Source: the human T2T-CHM13v2.0 reference genome, Homo sapiens. From it: a stretch of 64,000 nucleotides of DNA. Position numbers and translations under genes: made by a program. The notes beneath the pieces were generated by a model. That model saw nothing but the letters and a program-made list of their open reading frames with translations, did not search any database and was not told where the DNA came from. This document shows, piece by piece, positions 53,001 through 64,000 of this stretch. The first letter of the stretch is position 1. Each line of letters starts with the position of its first letter. Location: NCBI RefSeq assembly GCF_009914755.1, contig NC_060929.1, one strand, 5' to 3'.

Positions 53001-55019
53001 TCTTCTCCTGCTCTTTTTCTTTACAGTAGCCCACAGATTCCTAGTAGCTTGGCTGCATTTACCACTTTCCATCTGCCCAGAGTTGAAGCCAATGGCATGC
53101 TTTTACCTCTTCTCCCTCCCTTAGGGATATGCCAAAGATAGTGAGATTGACATTGCCTAATATGCCTCCCTTTTCTTACTTCCCATTAAGAATACAGTAA
53201 TTATAATGTATTTCAGAGGCTTTCCTGAGCCTTACACCAGCCTCCTGCTTCATCATCTTCGTACCACACAACATGTTTTATTTGCTTCAGTTATAGGCCT
53301 TCTCACATTGCCTTGCAATATTTGTCTTCTGTCCCCTTCCAAAATGCCACAGCCCACCTGCCCTCAATAAAAGCCAGGTAGGAATAAATAATTTCTATTC
53401 ACCTTTGTTTTACCAGAGGCTAACACAGTGTCTGAAGCCAATTAGTTTCAATAACTGTGTTGTATTTTTTAACCAAATCAATAAGTTGTTTAAACTTACA
53501 CTTCTTGCTTTTATGATAACTTCAACCCACAAATATTTCCTCTCCTTTCTGATACCTAAATGATGAAATGGAAAAATAAAATCTGATATAAGGATTAATT
53601 TAAGTAACTTAATGCATTCTTGTCAATTAAGTAAAATTTAAAAGGTACATTAATCACTAGTTTCCCCTCTTTCACTATTTATATTTTTCTCAACCTAAGA
53701 GAGCAGGATGCTGAACCATACTTAGAATTAATCAGGAGAAACATGGGAAACATGCAGAAAACAACATAATTATATGTGCACTTTTAAGCTACAAAGTGAA
53801 ATTAGGTAAGTCATTTGAAGATCTGTATGATTCATTATAATGCAATCAATTATGTGGCTCACCTTAAATTATAACATAACTCTGAGAAAAATACCACAGC
53901 CTTAAAAATTATTTTATGTGGATGATGGCATCATGCATATGCAGAAACCAGTATAGATATTTATAATTTTTCACAGCAAAAGTTTTAAACATCATTTTAA
54001 CGTAACATTTAAAAAGTAATTTACATTTCGAATATTTAGTTGCACATGGTTTTATTTGTTTGCTCATCTCTAATATGGAAAGAAATTGATTATAGTTCAT
54101 TCTTTTAGTTTCAGAACTGTTTGCCATTTTCTCTTTGTTAATTTTTAAAAATGTAAATAAGTATCATCAATTTGTGGATTAGCAGTCATTGCCTCCAAAT
54201 ATCATGGCATTTTTTTTCTCTGATTTTTGGCAGAGTCTTTTAAGTCTGCATGTGATTTCATCATTTTTAATAATACCAATCTTAAAGAATGGCCATCATG
54301 TTCTTTGGACATTGATTACTCCAGAAGGGGAAGAATATAAAAAACACCAATGCCCAAGTTTGTTTGTTGTGAAAATAGCCACACTTGAAGTCTACTTTTA
54401 TATTGTTCTTGTAAAACATCAATTATTATACAGTAAAAGATAAATTCAGCTGAATATGTGGGGAGAAGGGAAGGAAAGATTTGAAGATTATTTAATAATG
54501 TTTTAACTTTTATGTTCTTCATGTATGGCATAAAAACTTATTTAAACTCCTGAGGTTTTAGTTGAGTGTATGTTTTAAATAAATATTATTATTTAAGTAA
54601 AACATAGTATCACTGTAATTGTACTCTCAATGTAGATGCCTGTTTTTGTTTTACTGTGAGTTCAGAGGGAATAGTTGTTTCATAATGAGTTTCTGTTCAT
54701 GAGCAGTAAATAAAAATAAGAAGGAAACAGTGAGGAGAAGGCAGAGTTAGTTTCTCTTCATATTCTAATCCATTAATGACACATATATCATGAATGTCTA
54801 ATTCTGCATTAAAATCTTGATTAAGATGGAAGAGTTTCTGGTTTTTCACCTTTAAATATTCTTTAATATGGAGAGTTGACAGTGATGGATTAACTAATAT
54901 GTAATAAATACAGAATCAGAGATCTGGAAATAATCCTTGAGACATCATTTCCAATTCCCTGAATCTTGGGAGAAGTACACCTAAGTGTTGGAGTTCCTAG
55001 AAATCTTTAAAGAAAATTT

Positions 55020-55165
55020 CATTACTTTTTTATTGGGAGATATATCATACACACAGATGCGTATATAAAGCTTAGACAGCTTAAACAATAGCTGTAAACT
55101 CCTGTACAGAACCACCACCCAGGTCAAGAAATAGAACATTACTAATATCCCAGAAGCCCTCTCTA
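55020..55165 (-). mobile_element. L1ME-type 3' end
   Basis: aaccaccacccaggtcaagaaatagaacattactaatatcccagaagccc. Confidence 0.8.
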
Positions 55166-55386
55166 TGTAAAATTTCATTTACTCTCTATCAAAACAAGCT
55201 CCAGGTATTTTCAAAGTTTATATTCAAGGATTCCATGTAGAATCATTATTTCTTTTTCCCAAAATGTCAGAAATTTGTTACTGAAAAGAGTTAAACTCTA
55301 TAGAGATCTTCTTTAAGCTAGAGGTATTTCTATTCCTGGTACTTTTGAAATGCATTTAGAGGCTGAAAGTGAATGTGTATCATTTA

Positions 55387-55626
<240 letters not shown>

Positions 55627-55689
55627 TCACAGAGGCTTCAAATGAAATGTTATAGAGGCTTGGGTGAAAACTAAATCGAGCTATGTATT

Positions 55690-56065
55690 TAAAACATGTA
55701 TCATAGCCAAAGAAATTTTATCCAGTGAGTTAGAGTAGCCTAATATCAGAAAATCTATTAAGGTAATTTCCTACATTAATAGATTAAAAGAGAAAAAATT
55801 ATTTTTTAATGGTTTTACCAAAAATACTTAATAAAATTCAGTGTCCTGTCATTATAAAAACTCTTAAGAAACTAGGAATAGAAAGAACTTTCTTAACTGG
55901 GTACAGGTTATCTGCCAAGACCCACAACAAACATCATATATGATGCTGAAACATTAGACACATCCTTTTGAAATTAGAAATAAGATGTGCTTACTCCCAC
56001 TGCTTCTATTAATCATTATACTAGAGGTTCTAACCAGAGCAATAAAACAAGAAAAATGAAAGTTC
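55690..56065 (+). mobile_element. Old L1M ORF2 (reverse-transcriptase region) remnant
   Basis: aaaactcttaagaaactaggaatagaa...cccacaacaaacatcata...cttctattaatcattatactagaggttctaaccagagcaata; frame disrupted. Confidence 0.85.
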
Positions 56066-56549
56066 AAATATTATCTACATACCTAATTAAAATTAATATG
56101 CTTATGTATTACATGTAATTTTATATGTAAAATTAATGTACAATTAAATTAATACATTGTATTTTCTTAGAAACAAATTTAGAAACATAGAAACACCTAT
56201 GCAAACTAAATTTTCAATGATGATGCTTAAAAGGCAAGAAAGGTAGATTATCTTCATTTGTTGTTTATGATCGTATAATCTTTGTTTCCATTCAAAAGTG
56301 TTTATATTGATGAACAATCATGGGCAAAATGAAGTCTAGAGAATAATCATTATGATTATTTTGTCTTGTAAGCTTTGTGACAAAAATTCATCAATTAAAA
56401 TGTATTGACTTGTACATAGTGCATTCTTACAGCAATGATAATTTGAAGAGGAATTTCCATACAAATGTGGTTATAATAAATTGGGTTTCACAAATTTTGC
56501 TTTTACTGGTATATAGATTATGTAATAGTAGTAGTAGTAAAATATATAA

Positions 56550-56975
56550 TTTGGGATTGAGTTTAGCTGCATAGAACAAAACTAGTGAAAATATTTTCAA
56601 TAAAATAGAAGTTAATCAATATCATGAATGAAAGAATTCTGAAGATAAGGTGATATATTTTCCATATATTTACGGGACCTAGCCTTCTTGCAGCTCATCA
56701 CTCGTCCATCTTCATGATGCAGCCCCCATTCTCATGGTCCAATACAGCTGTTAAGCCTCCAATCATCACATGCTCCTTTTAGCCAGCAGGGTAGAGGAAG
56801 GGGCAAAGAAGAGCACACAAAACTTTAAAACTTTGACACATGGCTTCGTATATCTGCAGTTGAGGCTGGGCATGTCCTTTTTTAATTGAGCAGTAATATG
56901 ACCAGCCAAAAATTAGAGTTCTTGTGATGAAGGTGAAAGGGGAAAAGGATATTGCAAGGCAAGTGTCTGTTATAG
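56550..56975. mobile_element. Old MaLR LTR (MLT1J/K-like)
   Basis: tttagctgcat...tcatggtcca...tagccagcagg...ggctggg...aaaattagagttct...aaggggaaaaggatattg. Confidence 0.6.
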
Positions 56976-57417
56976 ATGGGTATTTTTATTTAATAACTAA
57001 TCTGATTTAATTGTTGGAAGATTAGAAGAAACATACTCTTTATGTGATTTTACTTTGTCTCTTGGTATAGGAATAGTGTGTCACTGAGCTGGATTGTTTA
57101 AGAAAATTTTGTCATTAAGAAGAGTAAACAAACTAGTATAGAAACAAGAAATAGCATACATAGTAAGTTTCATTAAAATTCAGCTATTTAGAATGGAATT
57201 GCCTAATTCTTTCAGGCAACTCATGCTAATAAGTTGTACTTAGCATAATTGCTGGGTTACTACTATCTTTTCTCCAGATTAAGTATTTTTGATTTACATT
57301 TATATGACAGTTGTCCTCTGCACTTAGAGTAATAGCATCCTGTTTATATATTCTGGGACCCAGAATTAAGTCTTGTTTTTCTAGCTTCTCCACCTGTTCA
57401 TTCTCAAACACCTACAA

Positions 57418-57420
<3 letters not shown>

Positions 57421-57458
<38 letters not shown>
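57421..57458. repeat. (CA)19 microsatellite
   Basis: Uninterrupted CA run. Confidence 0.98.
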
Positions 57459-57460
<2 letters not shown>

Positions 57461-58218
57461 GTAGTTATCAGAACATGTGCAGTCTGCATTTTTTCTGTCC
57501 TTTGAATATCCTAGCAGATTTGTTGTATATTCATAAAGACTTAAAGACATTTAAAGGTTTGAAAGAGAGGCATTAATTTTAATGCTTCAAGAAAATTTCT
57601 GGAGCATTCCCAACCATTTATGAATCTGCAGTTATAACTTTACAGATGAACATAAATGAAGAGTTGCAAAAATATAGAGCACCCCTGAAAGTATTTATAA
57701 ATTTTGTCATAATCAAAATCTCACTAAGACTTTTTCTTGAACTCGAAAATATAGATTCATTAATTTATTTTGAAATAGAAGCTGGAGATAATAGTAAGCA
57801 ACAAAATACAGACACATAAGACAAGGGGAACTTGAATTTTCAGATGTCAAGAAGTACTTATTACAAAGTTAAAACCTGACAACAAAATGGATAGTTAGAT
57901 CAATGAAAATGCATAAACATCTGAAAAATATGCCTAAATTTATAGGTAAGTAGCATGTGGCAAGTCTATCTGGATAGAATTTAATACGGCTATACACAAA
58001 AATTGAGTAACTGAAAAATGAAAGTTTCTTCCTATTGCATATCATACACAAAAATATATTTCAGATGGGTCCAAACATTATCGACAAAAATGAATTAGAA
58101 CCATAATTCTGATTCTGTAAGTCCTAAACTCCAGATGAGAGAAGGACTTACAAAAGGAAAACGCATAGAACACAAAGAAAAAATATCAATAATTTAACTT
58201 TACAAAAATACAACCTAA

Positions 58219-58240
58219 ATATATATATATATATATATAT
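58219..58240. repeat. (AT)11 microsatellite
   Basis: Uninterrupted AT run. Confidence 0.92.
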
Positions 58241-58283
58241 CTCCACATATGTGTAAATGCATAGAAAAGAGACTGAAGAATAT

Positions 58284-58637
58284 TAATATGGTTTGGCTAT
58301 GTCCCCACCCAAATTTCATCTTAAATTCCCATGTGTTGTGGGAGGGACCTGGTGGGAAGTAATTGAATTGTGGAAGCAGGTCCTTCCCATGTTGTTCTCA
58401 TGATAGCGAATAAGTCTCATGAGATCTGATGGTTTCATAAAGGGAAGTTTCCCTGCACAAGCTCTCTCTTTGCCTGTCACCATCTATGTAAGACGTGACT
58501 TGCTCTTCCTTGCTTTCCACCATCATTGTGAGGCCTCCCCACCCATGTGGAACTTTAAGTCCGTTAAACCTCTTTCTTTTGTAAATTGCCCAGTCTTGGG
58601 TATGTCTTTAACACCAGCGTGAGAATAGACTAACACA
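58284..58637 (+). mobile_element. THE1 (THE1B-like) MaLR solo LTR, complete
   Basis: tatggtttggct.tgtccccacccaaat...gagatctgatggttt...tgtgaggcctcccca...gactaacaca; 354 bp; 5-bp TSD aatat on both sides. Confidence 0.97.
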
Positions 58638-59329
58638 AATATGTACAAAATTATTAAGAGAAGTTACCTTTATTTGAGGAATGGGTGTTGTGTGAGTTAG
58701 TCTTTGACAGTTTACTCAAGTACTGCTGTTTAGTTTGAAGCCTGAAACAACAACAGTGTAATGAGTTAATGTATCATTTATTGAACCAAAACAATTAGGA
58801 ATGGGAGAAAAAGCAAAGAATTAATGCACAGTCTGCATTGAATAATTTTTATGAGCCATACTTTGAGAGAAACATAACTTCTCCATTTGATATATACAAC
58901 AATGTTAGGATTTGGTAAATTCGCCATAATCTAGAGACATTCTTATCCCACCATCAGGAACTATTCCAAGGGAAGAGGAAGAGGAGAAAAATGTGGTTTT
59001 AAGAAGCAAGGTCCTAACATGGCTCTAAGAAGCAAGTCAGCCCACTAGGTGAAAAGAAAGTTCTACAGCTTGATCAGTGGTACTGTTGTACAGTATCCTA
59101 ACCTAAAGCCTAATTATGTTTTAAATAAACCACCAGAGCCTAAGGACTTGACCCATGAGTAAATGCACCACTAAATGTGACATACATGATAAAACACTTT
59201 AATGTTACTGGAATTGTGGTTTCTCACATTGAGTATGTATATTTAGTGTAATGAATCTCTTTTTATTCCTCCCTTCAAAGTTACTATTAAATTGAGACTA
59301 CGTCTTAAAACTGATGGTCCAAGAAAATA

Positions 59330-60412
59330 GAAAAAACAAATGACAAAGAACTTCAACCCAGCCTCAGCTTATACAAAAACGAACACAAAATAGATCACAG
59401 AGTTAAATGTAAAAAATAAAACTATAAGGAAAAAATAGGAGAAAATTCTTTAGGACCTATGGCTGGATAAAAAGTTCTTAGACGTGACACTAAATTCCAT
59501 AAAAAGAAAAACTAGTAACTTGGAGTTCATCAAAGCTAAAAACATCTTCTCTGTAAGATCCCTTGTGAAGAGGATGTAAAGACAAGCTACAGAGTGGGAG
59601 AAAATATTTGCAAACCAGAAATCTGAGAAAGACCTTATGCCTATAGTATGCAACAAGCTCTCAGAATTCAACAGTAAAAACAAATCAATCCAAATAGAAA
59701 ATGGGCAAAGGACATGAATAGACATTTCCCTGAGAAAGATCTATAGATGACACATAAGCCTTCTATAGATGCTCAACATCATTAGCCATTAGGGAAATGC
59801 AAATTAAAAGCTCAATGAGGTATCACTAAACACCTATCACACAGGTTAAAATTTTAAAATAGTAACATCAAATACTGACAAAGATACAGAGAAATGGTTC
59901 ACTCATACATTGCTAGTGGGAATCTAAAATGGTACAACAATGTTGGAAAAAAGAACAATTGCATTCTTGAACATTTATCCCAGAGAAATGGAAATTTATG
60001 TTCATGCAAAAACCTGTATATACATGTTCATAGCAGCTTTATTTGTAGAAGCTAAAAACTGGAAACAACCAAAATGTCCTTCAAAAGGTGAACAGTTAAC
60101 CTAGTACATCTGTACTATGTAAGGAGGCTCAGCAGTAAAAAGGAATGAACTATTGATACATGCAACAACTTGGATGGATCTCAAGGGATGATGCAGAGTG
60201 CAAAAAGCCAATCTCAGATTACGCACTATATGATTCTGTTTATAAAACATTCTTGAAACAATAAGCTTTTTGAGATGGAGAACAGATTTCCTAATTGTGC
60301 TATTGTACTATGGTCATACAAGATGTTACCATAGGGGAAAATGAATGAAGGGCATGTGGGATCTCTCTGTACTATTTCTTCCAACTGCATGTGAGTCTAC
60401 AATGATCTAAAA
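59330..60412 (+). mobile_element. L1MC-type LINE-1 3' fragment
   Basis: gagtgggagaaaatatttgcaaacca...attagggaaatgcaaattaaa...ggaaacaaccaaaatgtcc...gggatctctctgtactatt...tgtgagtctac. Confidence 0.92.
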
Positions 60413-60719
60413 CATGCCTGTAATTCCAGCCATTTGAGAGGCCGAGGCAGGAGGATTGCTTGAGGCCACAAGAGATTGAGACCAGCCTGGGTAACATAGC
60501 GAGACCCCCATCTCTACAAAAAATTAAAAAATCAGCTGGGCATAGTGGCTCATGCCTGTAGTCCCAGCTACTGGGGAGTCTATGGTCAGAGGATCCTTGA
60601 GCCCAGGAGTTCGAAGCTGCAGTGAGCTATGATCACACCACTGCACTCCAGCCTGGGCAATAGAGCAAGACTCTGTCTCTCTTAAAATATAATAATAATA
60701 TAAATAAAAACAAAAAAAA
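60413..60719 (+). mobile_element. AluJ (Jr/Jo-like), first bases missing
   Basis: catgcctgtaattccagc...aggattgcttgaggcc...gctgcagtgagctatgatcacaccactgc. Confidence 0.93.
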
Positions 60720-61017
60720 GAATGGGCTCTTAAACACAAGGGAAAAGTAACACAAAACTCAACAGTGTGGTTAAGTAACTTGTCCAGGGTTCCACAGCTT
60801 ATGAGTAGCAGAGCTTAGATATAAACTAAGGACCTTTAAAATTTGTCTGTTTCACAACCCATGCCACCTTCCTCGGAATGCCCTTCTCTTGAAGTGAACA
60901 GGAGTAGTTTTTACATACAGGACTTGGGAGCCATTTCTCCAGACTAGCAGATATAATTGAGATCAGATTGTAAGTTGTAGTCAAATTCCTCTCAACCTGT
61001 GTTATCCAAAATATCTG

Positions 61018-61168
61018 GCAGTGCTTCTCAAACATCACAAGATCACCTGGGAATCTTGATAAAATACAGTTCCTCGTTCAGTCTTGAGTAGGCCTTAGCC
61101 ACTGCATTTCCAATAAGCTCCCAGGTAATACTAAAGCTGCAGTCCGTGGGCCACACATTGAGCAGCTG
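61018..61168. mobile_element. MER5-family MITE
   Basis: cagtgcttctcaaac...atcacctggga...ctgcatttccaataagctcccaggtaatact...ccacacattgag. Confidence 0.8.
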
Positions 61169-62189
61169 TTTGTAACTAAGGTGACTTTTAAAATGGTTTA
61201 TAACAAACAGCGTTTCAGATGTGGTTAGGATGCTGCACATGAGATGAGAGGAGGGGCACATGAAATGAGAGACAAAGAAAGCGTTGTCAGGCTATAGTGT
61301 TAAGTATGGGGATCTAGCCATAAGGGAAAACAGGATATGCTTTATTTATATACACAGATAAGTGGAGACAATTGACAGGCATTTTGAGTGTGGAAAGAGA
61401 AAACAAGAGTCAAAGCATAATGTTAAAGTGATGCCGTGTGGTCAGTTGCTAGAATATCAGCTGTTTGCTATAAATGTAATGTTCACTTCCTACATTCATG
61501 TGTAAGGAAAATTACTGATAAGGTAGGAAGTTTATTTTTTCTACAGCCTAGACTGTCATAAAATCCGATGGCTCCATTTTCATTCATTTAAATATTTGGG
61601 GATTCGATTTGTCCTGTTATCTAAACTAATTAAGGTCAGAACATCCAATACTTCCATTTATTCAGGGGTACAAATGTTTTCTTTTTGTGTTACTGAATAG
61701 CATGAAAACATCGTGCTGAAGAGTTTTAGATGCCCTACGTTCAAAGTCTTTATTTAATTATTAGTGCTTTTATCAGGCTTTATGCAAGGTGCCAGGTTTT
61801 CTGAAGTAACTAAAACTTGATATGGCTTTATGTTATGATGGGAAATTAATAAATGAGGATGAGAACTGGGGAAATGAAGTGTGAAATTATGTGGTATTTC
61901 AAAATGTAAGCTTCCTTTGTGATCTATGTTTTATCATATACTAGCTCACATTTGGTGGTGCATTTGCTCATGGGTCAACAGGCCCTTAGGCTGTAGTAGT
62001 TTCTTTAAAACATCAGGCCTGAAGTATATACTAACTATACCACTAACCAGGCTTGTGTTTCATGGGGTGTTGAATTGTGCTGAATTATTTCTTAGAAGCA
62101 AGTTGATGCTTTTTTTCCTTTTCTTCCTCCCTTAAACTACTCCCTGATGGTGAAAAATAACAATGAAATATACAGCTACCCTTGAGAAG

Positions 62190-62555
62190 TTCACATTCTC
62201 ACTGGTCACCTGCCTCCAGTTTGCCCCCAACTTCCATTTCAGCCTCCAGGTCACTGCCAGAATGAGCTTGTAAAACACACATGGGATCTTCTCACCTATA
62301 GGATAAAGATAAATCCCTAGGCATGGATCACGAGGTCCTTTGTGCATTGGCTCCTGCCCTTTTCTCTGGTCTTATTTCCCATCCCTCTGTGTGTTCTGGT
62401 TGTACTTAACTACTTGTAATTTTAAAAACTCAACTTGCTGTCTCCTGCCTCAAGGTTGATCTATAAGCGGTTTCCTCTCTTTTGGATGCTTTTTCTCCAC
62501 TGCCACCTGGTAAACACCTGGTGGTTAGCTCAGATACAGCTTCCTCCTGGAAGCT
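62190..62555 (+). mobile_element. L2 remnant
   Basis: cactggtcacctgcctccagt...cactgccagaatgagc...aggataaag...ggctcctgcc...gctcagatacagcttcctcctggaagc. Confidence 0.65.
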
Positions 62556-63210
62556 GCCTGTCTCAGTCAGGCTGTTAGGTTTCAAGGAGTAGAAACCCAC
62601 AAATAAAAAGTGTTTATACAAGTGAAAGAGCAGGCCACTTCATGGACATCCCAGAATAAGGCAGGTTATATAGCAAGGACTTTGGGTATGGAAGAGGACA
62701 GTCAAGAACTAAGGTTGGTCACGTGCTGTCTTATGGCACTGCTTGATCTCTATCTCTTTTCTTTCTGTGCCTGCTCCCTTCTTCTCTTGATTTACAAAGT
62801 GATGTTCTGGCTTCTCAGTTCTTCTGTCACTTTAGCTTGCTCGTAGCTTTGCTTTGGCTTACTCTAATGTCAAGTTGGCCCTGATTCTACATGAATTTTC
62901 AAGTCAACTAACATCTCCTTTTCTTCTTTTCAAATTAGCAGGGAGAGATTTTTGGATGGACCCAGTTAAGTCAAGTGGACAATTAGCTATGGCTGAAGAG
63001 GGTCATCATATCTTACATGGGTCATACCTTTCAAGGCTGGGAGAGTGTGGTTAGTGCTGCTGCTTTGATTCTACCACTTAGAAGTAGACCATCTTTTTCT
63101 TTCTCCCGAGTCCCATTTTACTAAGCTCCTAAGCACTCATTTTTCCTTATCCTTCACTCAAAGGGTCTAAGGTACTCAGATTTCAGGACGCAGCATCTTG
63201 CCCTGTATTA

Positions 63211-63484
<274 letters not shown>

Positions 63485-64000
63485 TCAGTTATTTGAGTGG
63501 GCATGGTTTCACTGGGATCATTATAAAATATTTGCTTTGGTTGATGCAGTGAATGCAACTCTTTATTTGGGAAAAAAAAATTTAGTAAAATATAAAAGAA
63601 AATTCGATATTTAAAATTCCTTGTGCTGTGAAAATTTATCTACTTGAGTCAGCTAAAGATAGTAAAATTACATTTAGGTTAATATCATTCCGCTCTCTAA
63701 ACTACTTCCTAAGACTATTCCGGTGAGAGTACTTCAGATGATAAGGGGCAAAATTTCCTAGGAAAACTTATTTAGGTGGAAATATCCTAAAGAAACTCAA
63801 TTAAAACTGAAATCGGTCAGAGAACTAAAAAGTTTTATCTTTAAATACACACTACATCCTACAATTTCTTCCATTGTGCCCTATTTTGAGAATTTATCTT
63901 ACAAAACATTATTTCTATTATAGCAAGAATAAGAGCATGGTGAAAATATTATTGATTATTGCCAATGAAAAACACTGGTTTTTGAGGATTCTGTTCCAAG

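Noticed and set aside
59450-59725. ORF resembling database 'hypothetical proteins'
   Set aside because: It is the antisense translation of a degenerate L1 ORF2.

Overview
This is human DNA. It is AT-rich and CpG-poor, and it carries a human-specific AluYb-lineage insertion. It is most likely the interior of one very long intron; the best splice signals I found lie on the + strand. I recognise no protein-coding exon, RNA gene, CpG island or host gene. The supplied ORFs are Alu/L1/L2/LTR/microsatellite read-throughs or chance ORFs. The window is dominated by interspersed repeats: about 16 Alu pieces (J, S, Y, Yb), L1PA/L1M/L2/MIR remnants, THE1 and MLT1 solo LTRs, and MER5/MER33/MER6/MER44/Tigger4a DNA-transposon fossils. 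It also holds microsatellites and local tandem duplications. Repeat family names come from recalled consensus sequences, and boundaries of old elements are approximate. I found no evidence of a new multi-gene system. The best leads are: (1) a 30-nt candidate microexon, or ATG-bearing exon end, at 24211-24240 with a perfect donor; (2) a branchpoint-AG|GT junction opening another 30-nt segment at 14440-14469, resembling a recursive-splice site; (3) a near-perfect 35-bp-arm hairpin complex at 3382-3581; (4) a pre-miRNA-sized hairpin at 40107-40158; (5) a very young 5'-truncated AluYb with a Ya5-type diagnostic at 43675-43913.
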